Source: Thermoplasmata archaeon (lineage in GTDB: Archaea > Thermoplasmatota > Thermoplasmata > Lutacidiplasmatales > UBA184). Taken from it: DNA of 64,000 bases. The stretch covers positions 20,947-84,946 of the forward strand of contig JAKIWG010000002.1 in assembly GCA_022750155.1 (NCBI GenBank), given 5' to 3'. Below the pieces are notes generated by a model. That model was not told where the DNA came from. It was given only the letters and a program-made list of their open reading frames with translations, and searched no databases. Each line of letters begins with the position of its first letter. The first letter of the stretch is position 1. The position numbers were made by a program, and so were the translations under genes. This document shows positions 1 to 9,554 of the stretch, piece after piece.

Positions 1-509
1 AGGACGTCGGGGGCTTCCTTCATCAGGACCCCCAGGGACTCGGTGGAACCGGCGAGGTCGCCGATCAATAGCTCGACCAGCGTCCCCGGAGAGGCGGCCC
101 GGATGGACCGGACGGTCTCGGCGAGGATGGCCGCCCCCCCGTCCTCCAGGTCGTCCCGGCACACCTGGGTCAGCACCACGTAGCGAAGGCCCCAGGAACG
201 GACCGCCTCGGCGACGCGCGACGGTTCGCTCTCGTCCACCGCGCCACGGCCCCAGCGGGTCTCGACGGCGCAGAAGGTGCATCGACGGCTGCATTGCGTG
301 CCGAGCAGCATGAGCGTGGCCGTCCCCGCCGACCAGCACTCCGAAAGGTTGGGGCAACGCGCTTCCCGGCACACGGTGCCGAGTCCCTGACCGTGGAGGA
401 TCGACCGGACCCTCGGGTATTCTCCCGAGGGGGGTCGGCTCCGGATCCATTCGGGCAAGCGGGGGGAAGGCGCCGGCGCCGCCGAGACGCTCGGGGGGGC
501 GGCCGACAC
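1..509 (-). CDS. lipA: Lipoyl synthase (radical SAM), runs off the window start
   Basis: Not in the ORF track. Manual translation from GTG 509 gives RLPEWIR...TVCREARCPNLSECW...TATLMLLGTQCSRRCTFCAV, i.e. the CX4CX5C and CX3CX2C motifs of LipA. Confidence 0.93.
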   Translation of the reverse strand, partial: MSAAPPSVSAAPAPSPRLPEWIRSRPPSGEYPRVRSILHGQGLGTVCREARCPNLSECWSAGTATLMLLGTQCSRRCTFCAVETRWGRGAVDESEPSRVAEAVRSWGLRYVVLTQVCRDDLEDGGAAILAETVRSIRAASPGTLVELLIGDLAGSTESLGVLMKEAPDV

Positions 510-533
510 GGCCGAGCCACCCGGGGTTCGGTT

Positions 534-1679
534 TTAGGCTTTCCCCGTGGCGCTGCCGAGGCGCGACTCCACGAGGGTCCTGAGGAAGCTGGCGGGGACC
601 TCGTCCATGCTCAATCGGGCCGATTGGCCGGATCCGACCGGTTCCACCTGGACGAGTCCTTCGCGTTCGAGCTCCTTGACCGTCCGCCAGAAGGTGACCC
701 GGCTCATCGCCTTCGTCCCGTACTCCTCGGTAAGCGCCTGATAGGCGAGGCGGACGCGCTCCGTCGGGGAGGCGGTCCGGGGGCCCCGGAGGGTCCGAGC
801 GATCGCGAGCAGGACGAGCAGGGCGTTCTGGGAGAGCTCCTCGAGCTTGCCCTCCGTCATCGTCGGGAGGACGGAGCCCTTGGCCGCGCGGACGTGCTCC
901 GGAGTGATCTCGGCCGAGCCCTCCGCCTCGGCCGACCTCGCCGCGCCGACGAGGATCTCGAGGGCGAAGCGCGCGTCGCCTCCCGTGGAGGACGCCCGCG
1001 CGATCTGGTCGAGCACCTCGGGGGAATAGCTTCCCGGCCGAAGGGCGAGCTCGGCGCGGAACGCGAGGATCCGGGACAGTCCCTCGCGGTCGTACGGAGC
1101 GAGCTGAAGGCGGTGCGTGACCCCGAAGCTCGAGCGGCTCGCGGCGTCGAGGTACGGGAGGACGTCCTCCGCGGCCACCAGGAAGAGCGAGATCGATCCC
1201 AACCCGACCTCTCCGGGTCGCGAGAGCAGGTAGAGGAGCTTCGTCTCCTGGCGCACGAGGGCACTGACCTCGTCGAGGATGACGAATAGGTGGCGCGGGT
1301 TCTTGCGGATCCCTTGCTCGAAGACGTCGAGCATCTCGCTCAGCGAGTATCCCCGGTCCGGCAGGGAGACCCCTACGCCCCTCAGGAGCTGGAGCAGGAT
1401 CGTGCGGTCGTTCGACCGACGCCAGCAGTTGACGTACATCTTCATGACCGGGAGGTCGCCGATCCTTCCCGCGCGTTGGAGGTCTTCGCCGAGGCGATTG
1501 GCCAAAGCCGTCTTGCCGCTCCCGATCCCCCCGGTCAGGAGCTGGTGGTACGGCAGGCCCTTCGCCAGACCCGCCCGGTAGCGCTGGGTCAGCAGACCGA
1601 CCTCCTTCTCCCGCCCCACGAGGCGCGGGGGGAGGAACGCGGGGTCGAGTGTTTCCTCGGCCTTCAGGATCCGGTTCAC
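534..1679 (-). CDS. cdc6: Orc1/Cdc6 family replication initiation protein
   Basis: LDPAFLPPRLVGRE, Walker A GGIGSGKT, YVNC, Walker B VILDEV, GDARFAL, C-terminal winged helix. Start taken at GTG 1679. Confidence 0.92.
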   Translation of the reverse strand: MNRILKAEETLDPAFLPPRLVGREKEVGLLTQRYRAGLAKGLPYHQLLTGGIGSGKTALANRLGEDLQRAGRIGDLPVMKMYVNCWRRSNDRTILLQLLRGVGVSLPDRGYSLSEMLDVFEQGIRKNPRHLFVILDEVSALVRQETKLLYLLSRPGEVGLGSISLFLVAAEDVLPYLDAASRSSFGVTHRLQLAPYDREGLSRILAFRAELALRPGSYSPEVLDQIARASSTGGDARFALEILVGAARSAEAEGSAEITPEHVRAAKGSVLPTMTEGKLEELSQNALLVLLAIARTLRGPRTASPTERVRLAYQALTEEYGTKAMSRVTFWRTVKELEREGLVQVEPVGSGQSARLSMDEVPASFLRTLVESRLGSATGKA

Positions 1680-1714
1680 GGCGCGCTCCGCTCGACCGAG
1701 ACGGAGGACGTAGA

Positions 1715-2347
1715 TTATCTTCCCGGTCGGGCCCGGGCCCGGCGTCGCTCGATCCATGGGGCCAACGCCGAGTCGACCTCCGCCGCGACGAACTCGGCCG
1801 GGCGGCTGCCGTCCACGACCAACCACCGGTGCTCGAGCGCGAGGCGTCGGTACGCCCGGTCGACCCTCGAGAGGGTCCGTCGACGCTCGAGGGGAGCGCG
1901 ACCTCTTCCCCGCGCACCCACCCGCTTCAGGGCCTCGTCGGGCGAGAGGTGAAGCAGCACGACCCGGTCGGGCACGACCGTGACGCCGCGCTGCAGGCGG
2001 TGCATCCGGGCGGCGACCCCGGCGGGCACCGCGCTCCCCTGGTAGGCGAGGGTCGAGTAGAAAGTGCGGTCCGTCAGGACGACGTCGTGCTCCGCCAACG
2101 CGGTGTCAAGCTTCGGGCGCGCGATGAGGCGGTCGAGCGTGAAGACCATGGCGCTCGCCCACGGGTCCTTCGGCGCCAGCTGTTGGGCGAGGCGACCGAG
2201 GTCGGGGTCGGAAGGCTCCCGGCGCGTGGCGACCGTCCACGTTCGGTTCCGCCACCGTCGGACGAGGCGTCGCTGAAGCGTGGACTTGCCGGACCCATCG
2301 ATCCCTTCCAGTGCGATCAGCACCCCCCGGTTCGGTCGGCGCCTCAT
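1715..2347 (-). CDS. tmk: Thymidylate (dTMP) kinase
   Basis: IALEGIDGSGKST, REP, DRTFYSTLAYQG. ATG 2347 overlaps the TatD-like gene stop (ATGA). Confidence 0.93.
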   Translation of the reverse strand: MRRRPNRGVLIALEGIDGSGKSTLQRRLVRRWRNRTWTVATRREPSDPDLGRLAQQLAPKDPWASAMVFTLDRLIARPKLDTALAEHDVVLTDRTFYSTLAYQGSAVPAGVAARMHRLQRGVTVVPDRVVLLHLSPDEALKRVGARGRGRAPLERRRTLSRVDRAYRRLALEHRWLVVDGSRPAEFVAAEVDSALAPWIERRRARARPGR

Positions 2348-3237
2348 CGCGTCGGCACCCCGTGGCGGACGGTGGGCAGGAATCCGTACACCTGCTCCAC
2401 CGCCTGCTCGAATGGGATCCGCAGGAGGTCGAGGTTCTCGGGCGCCGAGGCTCGGAGGGCCTTCGCCCGGCGCGCCACCGTGGCGAGGTCGAGCACCGCC
2501 CCCGGGCGTTTCGGGTCGTCGAGAAAGTCGGTCTCCCAGAACCACGGCCCCGGGTGGCGCAGGCTCCCCGCGACGGCATCGCGGGAGGCGAGGTAGGAGG
2601 GAACGATCCCGCCGAGCTCCTCGGGAGAGAGCACCGTCTTCGCGTAGTGCTTGACGAGCTTTCCCAGCGGGAACGACGCGCGGGCGGCGAACGCCGCCAA
2701 CTCCCGGTAGCCGGCCGCGTCGAGCTCTTCGCAGTGGACCACGGCCGGGCAGCCGACATCCCGGGCGATCTCGAGCGCGCTTCGGAGGACCTCGCTGCTC
2801 GCCTCGGCCAATTCGGGAGCGACGGCAAAGTGAGGACGCCCGATCTCGCCGAGGGCGACCGCCTTCCCTTCCTCCACCCATCGCCCGGCGAGTTCGAGGG
2901 CGGAACGCTGCAGTCCGACCGCAGCCTGGAGGCCGAGTGTTTCGGCAGCCCGGATCATGTCGATGGGATACGGCGCGACCGTCAGATACACCACCAGTCC
3001 GGTCTCGGCCTCCACCGCGCGCGCGATCCGCTCGGTGGTCTCGAACTGGGCGGCGTACTCCTCCAGTCGCGTCGGGGTCTTCGGGCCGTACTGCTGGGTG
3101 GCGAGGAACAGGTGCGTGCCGCCCGCGGCGCGGAATCGCTGGGCGGCCGCCACCCCCTCCCCGTCGGGCGAGAGGTGGCAGTGATGATCGACGACCGGAA
3201 GGTCGGACGGCTCGGCCACGACGCCCTCGAGGTTCAT
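2344..3237 (-). CDS. TatD-related metal-dependent hydrolase (archaeal type)
   Basis: DHHCH, ALGEIGRPHF, VVHCE, ETDFLDDPKRPGAVL. Confidence 0.85.
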   Translation of the reverse strand: MNLEGVVAEPSDLPVVDHHCHLSPDGEGVAAAQRFRAAGGTHLFLATQQYGPKTPTRLEEYAAQFETTERIARAVEAETGLVVYLTVAPYPIDMIRAAETLGLQAAVGLQRSALELAGRWVEEGKAVALGEIGRPHFAVAPELAEASSEVLRSALEIARDVGCPAVVHCEELDAAGYRELAAFAARASFPLGKLVKHYAKTVLSPEELGGIVPSYLASRDAVAGSLRHPGPWFWETDFLDDPKRPGAVLDLATVARRAKALRASAPENLDLLRIPFEQAVEQVYGFLPTVRHGVPTR

Positions 3238-3346
3238 TCCACCGAGGCGGGGGGGGCCCGCGGCGCGTCCGGTGGCGTGGGATGGTCGGACCGGCCGCGA
3301 ACCGTAGCGACGATCGACGCCCCCACGGGCGACATCGCCTCCGGCA

Positions 3347-3952
3347 CTATGAGCCTTCCCCGGCGGCGAGCCTTGCCTGGAACGCCCGGTCGTCGTCGTC
3401 CGGATCGGACAGCGCCCTACGCTCGAAGAAGTGTCGCAGGATGCGGCGCGTGAATCCCCACAGGACCCGACCCCGGTAGACCGTCGCGGGGACCTCGCGG
3501 GCTCCCTTCGAGGTCTCCCGGACCACCCACTCGGTCTCCGTGAGGCTCGACCTCGGAAGCCAGAAGACGTGCGCCACCTCGGTCCGGCTACGGGCCGTCG
3601 GACGGTTCGCCTGCGGCCCGAGCTGCGCGGCGAACACTCCGACGTTCATCTGGAACCGGGGGGCGTGGTCCGTACCGACATACCGCGGCGGGCCGGCAAG
3701 GTCCGCGGGACCGAGACCCACCTCCTCCCCGAGCTCTCGCACGGCCGTGGCTCGCAGGTCTGGGTCCGCCGGCTCGACGCGTCCTCCGGGGAGCGCGATC
3801 TGGCCCGAGGCGGGGTCCCCGGCCCGTACGGTCCGCTCGATCAGGAGGGTCTCGAGCTCCCGGGCCCCGTCGCGCATCAGGATCAGGACCGCGGCGTCCG
3901 CTCCTTCGGTCGGGGGACTCTCGGGGCGATGGAGGGCCAAGAGATCCGTCAG
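3347..3952 (-). CDS. Nudix CoA pyrophosphatase (NudL-like)
   Basis: AAVLIL, SGQIALPGGRVE...TAVRELGEEVGL Nudix box, LWGFT. Start uncertain (CTG 3952 or TTG 3940). Confidence 0.85.
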   Translation of the reverse strand: MTDLLALHRPESPPTEGADAAVLILMRDGARELETLLIERTVRAGDPASGQIALPGGRVEPADPDLRATAVRELGEEVGLGPADLAGPPRYVGTDHAPRFQMNVGVFAAQLGPQANRPTARSRTEVAHVFWLPRSSLTETEWVVRETSKGAREVPATVYRGRVLWGFTRRILRHFFERRALSDPDDDDRAFQARLAAGEGS

Positions 3953-3995
3953 GGAGGGGATGGCCTTCGCCGTTCCAGGACCGGGAGCCGGCGAA

Positions 3996-4169
3996 TCACG
4001 ATTGCCAGTCGTAGGTGACCTTTTCGCGGGTGGCCTCGCGGTCGAGCGGGTTTTGCGATCGGGGCGCCAATCGCCGTTCGATCTGGGCAATGCGTCCACG
4101 CAACTCGCGGATCTGGCGGTCGAGTTCGGCCAGGCGATGTTCGACGTCTACGGCAGAGGGGGTGGCCAT
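3996..4169 (-). CDS. Small coiled-coil hypothetical protein
   Basis: 57 aa with a heptad pattern (LAELDRQIRELRGRIAQIERRL); same strand as neighbours. Confidence 0.6.
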   Translation of the reverse strand: MATPSAVDVEHRLAELDRQIRELRGRIAQIERRLAPRSQNPLDREATREKVTYDWQS

Positions 4170-4224
4170 TTGTCTCCGGTGAAGGGCATGCATGCACGGA
4201 TAGAAAAGAAACGCGCCGAGAGGT

Positions 4225-5049
4225 TCACCCGGCCGCGCTGGCCGACGCGCGGCCAGCCGATTCGAGTCGCTCGACGAACGACTCGATCGCGGCCGCGGTC
4301 TCCTCCGGGTGCTCTACCGGGACCAGGTGACCGCTCTGCGCGAACAGCTTGAGCTGGGCCCCTTGGATCGCCTGGCGGAGGAGACGACCGTGGGACCCGT
4401 CGACGACCGCATCATCGACTCCCTGGATGATCAGGGTCGGAAGCTTGATCTTCCCGAATCGCCCCCGAAGGTCGAAGGTCCGCACCGCCTCGCCCCATGC
4501 GAAGGCCCCGCGAAGGTCCCGGTCCCGCAGCTTCTCGCGCAGCGCATCCGCCACCTCCATGTGCGCCTCGATCCAATCCGGATAGAACAGATCCTTCAAC
4601 AACCGGAGCATGAACGCGTCGTACCCCTGCGTTCGATAGGTCTCCGCCCAGTTCTGAGCGACGGCGCGCGTGTGGTTGTCGCAATGGGTGGACGCGCCGA
4701 TGAGCGTCAGGCTCCGCAGCCATTCGGGAGTGTCGATGGCCCACTGGAGGGCGAGGAAGCCGCCCGCGCTGAGCCCGACCACGTGCGCCGAGGAGACGTC
4801 GTGGCGAGCGAGGAGGGCGCGCAGGTCCGCCTCCATCTCGGCGGACGTGAAGGTGAGGGCCGGAGGGGTCGGACTCCGGCCGTGGCCCCGGAGGTCGGGG
4901 GCGATGACGAGGAAACGCCGAGCGAGGGCCGGGATCACGCCCCGGAAGACGGTGTGGTCTCCCCCGAGGCCGTGGAGGAGGAGGATGGGGGGTCCGGAGC
5001 CCTCCACCCGGGCGAACAGTTCGACCGGGAGAGGGGCCGGCGCGGACAC
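4225..5049 (-). CDS. Alpha/beta hydrolase (enol-lactonase-like)
   Basis: LLLHGLGG, DLRGHGRS, nucleophile GLSAGG, D...GH catalytic residues. Confidence 0.9.
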   Translation of the reverse strand: MSAPAPLPVELFARVEGSGPPILLLHGLGGDHTVFRGVIPALARRFLVIAPDLRGHGRSPTPPALTFTSAEMEADLRALLARHDVSSAHVVGLSAGGFLALQWAIDTPEWLRSLTLIGASTHCDNHTRAVAQNWAETYRTQGYDAFMLRLLKDLFYPDWIEAHMEVADALREKLRDRDLRGAFAWGEAVRTFDLRGRFGKIKLPTLIIQGVDDAVVDGSHGRLLRQAIQGAQLKLFAQSGHLVPVEHPEETAAAIESFVERLESAGRASASAAG

Positions 5050-5136
5050 GGCGCGCGGAGCGGGGCTCGATATTTACGATGGAGGGCGAACCGGCGGAGA
5101 CACCCTCTAATACGGTCGACCGGCTGTCTGAGGGCG

Positions 5137-5763
5137 ATGGCGAAAGGGGTCATGCTGATGAGCGGGGGGATCGACTCCCCCGTCGCGCTCGAGATGATCC
5201 TTCGACAGGGTCACGACATGATCGCGGTGCACATGGACAACCGCCCGTTCACCGACGACACGCCGCTCGAGAAGGTCACCGACCACCTGCGGCTCCTGCG
5301 CGAGCGCTCCGGGCAGAAGGTCCCGCTCTACGTGCTCCCGCACGGACCGACGCAGATCCAGCTCATGCGCAAGACCGACCGCCATGTGGGTTGTGTGCTG
5401 TGCCGACGGTTCATGTGGCGATCCGCCGAGAAGGTCGCCGAACGAGAGGGTGCGACGTTCCTGGTCACCGGCGAGGCCCTCGGCCAAGTGGCATCGCAGA
5501 CGCTCAGCAACATGCGCTCCGCGACGATCTCGGTCCGACTCCCGATCGTGCGCCCGCTCATCGGGTTCGACAAGCACGAGATCGAGACGCAGGCGAAGGC
5601 AATCGGCACCTACGGGATCTCGATCCGCCCCGGATTGTGCTGCCAGGCCGTGCCGGATCGCCCGGCCACCCGCTCCGGACTCGTTCAGATCCTCGGCGAA
5701 GAGGAGAAGATCGATGTCGACGCGATGATCGACGAGTGCGTCCGGCGTGCCGTCGTGATGTAG
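5137..5763 (+). CDS. ThiI-like PP-loop sulfurtransferase domain, no THUMP domain
   Basis: SGGIDSPVA, CVLCRR, TGEALGQVASQTLSN, RPLIGFDK, GLCC; only 208 aa. Confidence 0.85.
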   Translation: MAKGVMLMSGGIDSPVALEMILRQGHDMIAVHMDNRPFTDDTPLEKVTDHLRLLRERSGQKVPLYVLPHGPTQIQLMRKTDRHVGCVLCRRFMWRSAEKVAEREGATFLVTGEALGQVASQTLSNMRSATISVRLPIVRPLIGFDKHEIETQAKAIGTYGISIRPGLCCQAVPDRPATRSGLVQILGEEEKIDVDAMIDECVRRAVVM

Positions 5764-6057
5764 TCCGCCCGCCTCTCTTGGGGTCCTCCCCGGCCCGGCC
5801 ACGGCCCCACCACCGGATCGCTCGGGCAACTCCGAGCGTGGCCTTGGCGGGTAAGGGTACGGAACTGGCGTGGAACGACGCGGTATGTGCGAGTTCCGTG
5901 TCGCGGACTATCGCCCGGGAGGCGCGGCCCCACGTCTCGGGGGGTGGCTTTCATAAGGGAGAGGTACGTGCGCCCCCCCGCCCGGTCACCGACCTCGTTC
6001 CCCCGGCTCCAACTCTGCGGGGAGCGCCGCTCACCACCGGGCAACGGATCGAGAAGA

Positions 6058-7434
6058 ATGTACGAACGCAAACTACCCCTAAGCCGAATCTGGGCCACCG
6101 CCATCATCGTGGTGTTCGCCGTCGCGGGAGCATCGCTCCTGTTCGCGGCGAGCGGAAACGTCTCGGCCTCCCCCACCTGCAACCTGACCGTGAACTCGGA
6201 GAACCTGGCGAACAACGCCGTCCAGACGGCCATCAACAGCGCGAACCCCGGCTGGAGGATCTGCCTCGGCTCCGGTTCCTTCCCCGAGCAGCTCCACATC
6301 TCGACCTCCGGGCTCACCCTCGCGGGTGCGGGCGCCGGGCTGACGGTCATCGACCCTGCCAGCGTCAGCACCACGACCGTAGATTGGGACTCTAGCTCAC
6401 CCCAGGCGCCGTTGGCCGCCGTGATCCTCGTCGCCAACACCACGGGGGTCACCGTCGCGGGTCTCACGGTGAACGCGAGCGCGTCGGCGAGCTCGATCAC
6501 CGGCTGCGGCAGCGACTTCGTCGGCGTGGACTTCCAGAACTCCTCGGGCACGCTCACGCGCGCCACGGTCACCGGAGTCCAACTCAGCCCCTCGTTGTTG
6601 GGCTGCCAGAACCAACTCGCCGTGTATGCGTACACCGGTTGGTTCTCGACCTCGTTCGTTCCGTTCCCGCCGCTGCATGTCACCGTCTCCCAGACCTTGG
6701 TGACCGTGTACGGGAAGAACGCGATCACCTGCGATGACCCCGGTCTCACGTGCACGCTGAACGGCGACACGACCGTCGGCATCGGAGGGACCTCCGCGAC
6801 GGCTCAGAACGGCATCCAGGTGGCGTACGGCGCCGTGGGACATCTGCTGAACGACAAGGTCTCCGCGGACAACTACACGGGCGGCGGGTCGACCCTCGAC
6901 TGGTTCGGGACCGGCTTCCAGGCCTCGGGGATCCTGCTGTACAACGCGGGCGGCGGCACCACCGTCGCCCACTCGACGCTCTCGGGGGACCCCAACGCGA
7001 TCGCCGTCTTCGAGACGACGCCCTCGTCGGTCTACATCACCAACAACGGCATCACCGGCGCCGAAGGGTACGGTATCGTGGTGAACGGGGCGCCCGGCTC
7101 GACGGCGTACATCGGGAACAACACGGTCAACTCGGCGGCCACGGGGGCCCCGGGGATCCTGGTCGACAACGGGACGTTCAACGTCAGCCAGAACACCGTC
7201 TCTCACGTCAGCAACTCCGGGACGAACGGCGCGAGCCAGGTCGTCTGCGGAACGGGGAGCTATCTGAGCTGCCCGACGACGATGTCGATCCACACGGCGG
7301 CGGTCCAGGCGGTCTCGGAAGGGGCCGGCGGGCCGACCAGCGTGACGTTCTTCCACAACGGGTTCCACGCGGACGTGTTGAGCTTCGCCGCCGTCGCGAT
7401 GCCCACCGGGTCCGTGACGCTCCAGTGGGTCTAG
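6058..7434 (+). CDS. Secreted right-handed parallel beta-helix (pectin-lyase-fold-like) protein
   Basis: Signal-like N-terminus, VQTAINSANPG...GSGSFPEQL, repeated NN..V/GI motifs, T/S/N/G-rich. Confidence 0.75.
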   Translation: MYERKLPLSRIWATAIIVVFAVAGASLLFAASGNVSASPTCNLTVNSENLANNAVQTAINSANPGWRICLGSGSFPEQLHISTSGLTLAGAGAGLTVIDPASVSTTTVDWDSSSPQAPLAAVILVANTTGVTVAGLTVNASASASSITGCGSDFVGVDFQNSSGTLTRATVTGVQLSPSLLGCQNQLAVYAYTGWFSTSFVPFPPLHVTVSQTLVTVYGKNAITCDDPGLTCTLNGDTTVGIGGTSATAQNGIQVAYGAVGHLLNDKVSADNYTGGGSTLDWFGTGFQASGILLYNAGGGTTVAHSTLSGDPNAIAVFETTPSSVYITNNGITGAEGYGIVVNGAPGSTAYIGNNTVNSAATGAPGILVDNGTFNVSQNTVSHVSNSGTNGASQVVCGTGSYLSCPTTMSIHTAAVQAVSEGAGGPTSVTFFHNGFHADVLSFAAVAMPTGSVTLQWV

Positions 7435-7660
7435 ATCGAACGGGGGAGATACGGGCCGGGGGATCCGACTCCCCCGACCCCGTCACGCCGGCAACCCTTT
7501 CCGAGGGCCGAGCGCCCCCCGTCCCGCCGAGTGAGCGAGGGGTACGGGCGGGTCCGGCGATTTGAAGCGACCCTGACCTTGCGAGAGAAGAGGTAATGGG
7601 CCTCGGGTCGCCTCCGGTGGAAGGGTCCGGGTCACCGGACCCATCGAAGAGAGGAGCGGC

Positions 7661-7945
7661 GTGCCGTACTATCAGTTGCGGGTCTGTTCGACGGGAGGGG
7701 CGTTCGAGGCCGTGCCCCGGCCCCGTCATTCCCTCGATCTGAAGTGGGTGCGGGAGAAGCTCGAAGCCGAGCAGATCCCGGTCACCGACGCCCGGGTGAT
7801 GCTCGTGATTCGACTCGAGCGGGAGGTCACGGTAAGCCGGGATGGCCGGATGCTGATCAAGAGCCGGGATTCGGCAGAGGCCGCCACGATCTTCGCCCGA
7901 TTGCAGCGACTGCTCGACCTCCCTGAGGTCGTCGCCGAGGACTAG
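7661..7945 (+). CDS. Small hypothetical protein
   Basis: GAGGAG SD upstream of GTG; compact alpha/beta sequence (VSRDGRMLIK); leads into the thiolase operon. Confidence 0.65.
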   Translation: MPYYQLRVCSTGGAFEAVPRPRHSLDLKWVREKLEAEQIPVTDARVMLVIRLEREVTVSRDGRMLIKSRDSAEAATIFARLQRLLDLPEVVAED

Positions 7946-7972
7946 CACAGGTATCATGCGGCCGGGAGGCGG

Positions 7973-9127
7973 ATGCGCGAAACCTGGGTAGTCGGGGCCG
8001 CCACGAACCGCTTTGGCAAGATGGCCGAAACGGGGCGGGAGGCCGCCTCCAAGGTGGCGCTCGCGGCGATCGAGTCGGCGGGGATGGAACCGAAGGACAT
8101 CGAGCAGACCTTCGTCAGCAACGCCTTCGGGGTCGCCGAGCGCCAGGCGCACCTCGGGCCCCTCATCAACACGGCGCTCGGGATCCCGGAGGCACCGTCG
8201 TGCACCATCGAGTCGGCGTGCTCCTCTTCCAGCGCCTCGCTCCACGAGGCGTACGTCCACGTCGCGGGCGGATTCTCGGATGCCGTCCTGGTCGTGGGGG
8301 TGGAGAAGCTCTCCCACCTCGATACCCTCGCGGCCACCAGCTACTTCGCCATGGGCGCGGACTACGCGTTCGAGACCCGGAACGGAGCGACGTTTCCCGG
8401 GCTGTACGCGACCCTTGCGAGCGCCTACCAGAAGCGGTTCGGGACCCCCCCGGAGGAATTCGGGGCGGTGGCCGTGAAGAACCACGCGAACGCGGCGATG
8501 AACCCCCACGCCCACTTCCAGAAACCGATCTCCATGGCCACGTACCTCGCTTCGCCCGTGATCGCATCCCCCCTGCGCCTCTACGACTGCTGCCCCTTCT
8601 CCGACGGCGCGTCGGCCGTGGTGGTCGCGTCGCGCGAACGGTACCCTTCGCCGCCTTCGGAGCCGCTGGTGATCCGGGCGTCGACCCGCAGCGGATCCGT
8701 CGCCGATCTGCACGATCGCGCCACCCTCACGGGACTGCCGGCCACCCGAACGGCCGCCGCCAAGGCGTATCGCCAGGCGGGCGTGGAGCCCGGCCAGATC
8801 GATTTCGCCGAGGTCCACGACTGCTTCACCGTCGCCGAGGTCATGGCGCTCGAGGACCTCGGGTTCTTCTCCCCCGGGACCGCAGGCGCCGCCACGGTCG
8901 AGGGGGTGACCGCCCACGACGGTCGGTTTCCGGTGAACCCGTCCGGGGGGCTCAAGGCCAAGGGCCACCCGATCAGCGCGACCGGGGCCGCCCAGGTCGT
9001 GGAGATCTTCGAACAGTTCAACGGCCGAGCCGGGGGCCGGCAGGTCCCGAAGACCGGTCTCGCGCTCGCCCACAACGTCGGGGCGACCGGTGGGTCGTGC
9101 TCGGTCCACATCTTCGGCCGACGGTGA
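7973..9127 (+). CDS. Archaeal (SCP2-type) thiolase / acetyl-CoA acetyltransferase
   Basis: IESACSS, KNHANAAMNP, SDGASA, EVHDCF, NPSGGLKAKGHP. Confidence 0.93.
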   Translation: MRETWVVGAATNRFGKMAETGREAASKVALAAIESAGMEPKDIEQTFVSNAFGVAERQAHLGPLINTALGIPEAPSCTIESACSSSSASLHEAYVHVAGGFSDAVLVVGVEKLSHLDTLAATSYFAMGADYAFETRNGATFPGLYATLASAYQKRFGTPPEEFGAVAVKNHANAAMNPHAHFQKPISMATYLASPVIASPLRLYDCCPFSDGASAVVVASRERYPSPPSEPLVIRASTRSGSVADLHDRATLTGLPATRTAAAKAYRQAGVEPGQIDFAEVHDCFTVAEVMALEDLGFFSPGTAGAATVEGVTAHDGRFPVNPSGGLKAKGHPISATGAAQVVEIFEQFNGRAGGRQVPKTGLALAHNVGATGGSCSVHIFGRR

Positions 9128-9140
9128 AGCGGGAGGTCGG

Positions 9141-9542
9141 ATGGGGGACGAGTCGACGACGGAGGGCCATTCGATCGAGGAGTATCGCCGGGGCTACGAG
9201 CAGGAGCGCCGACTTCGGGGGTTTCGCTCTCAGTGCGGGTTCACCACCGTGACCTGGGGGCTGCTCTGTCCCCAATGCGGGAAACGCGACCTGGCCGAGG
9301 CCGACCTGGTGGGAACGGGCCGAGTGGCGGCGTTTTCCGTTCAGCAGGTTCCGTCGGACGAGTTCCTGAACGATGTTCCCTACGCCTACGTCGTCGTCGA
9401 CCTGGACGGGGGAGGCCGCATCACCGGATGGATGCCGAGCGTCCGTTCGGAGGCCGAGCTGACGATCGGGGACCGCGTGCGGTTCGTCGAAAGCTACAAG
9501 TCGGGCGTGCACTTCGAGAGAGACTCGAAGGACATGCCGTAG
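9141..9542 (+). CDS. DUF35-type Zn-ribbon/OB-fold thiolase partner
   Basis: CPQCG, GTGRVAAFS, VPYAYVVVDLDGG, IGDRV; directly after the thiolase. Confidence 0.88.
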   Translation: MGDESTTEGHSIEEYRRGYEQERRLRGFRSQCGFTTVTWGLLCPQCGKRDLAEADLVGTGRVAAFSVQQVPSDEFLNDVPYAYVVVDLDGGGRITGWMPSVRSEAELTIGDRVRFVESYKSGVHFERDSKDMP

Positions 9543-9554
9543 TTCGGCGCGTGG

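Noticed and set aside
510..1714. Replication origin next to cdc6
   Set aside because: cdc6 sits inside an operon with gaps under 40 nt; no AT-rich unwinding element or ORB repeats were seen.
7435..7660. GC hairpins resembling SRP RNA or a riboswitch
   Set aside because: Lacks the SRP helix-8 motif and any aptamer consensus; short stems are expected at this GC content.
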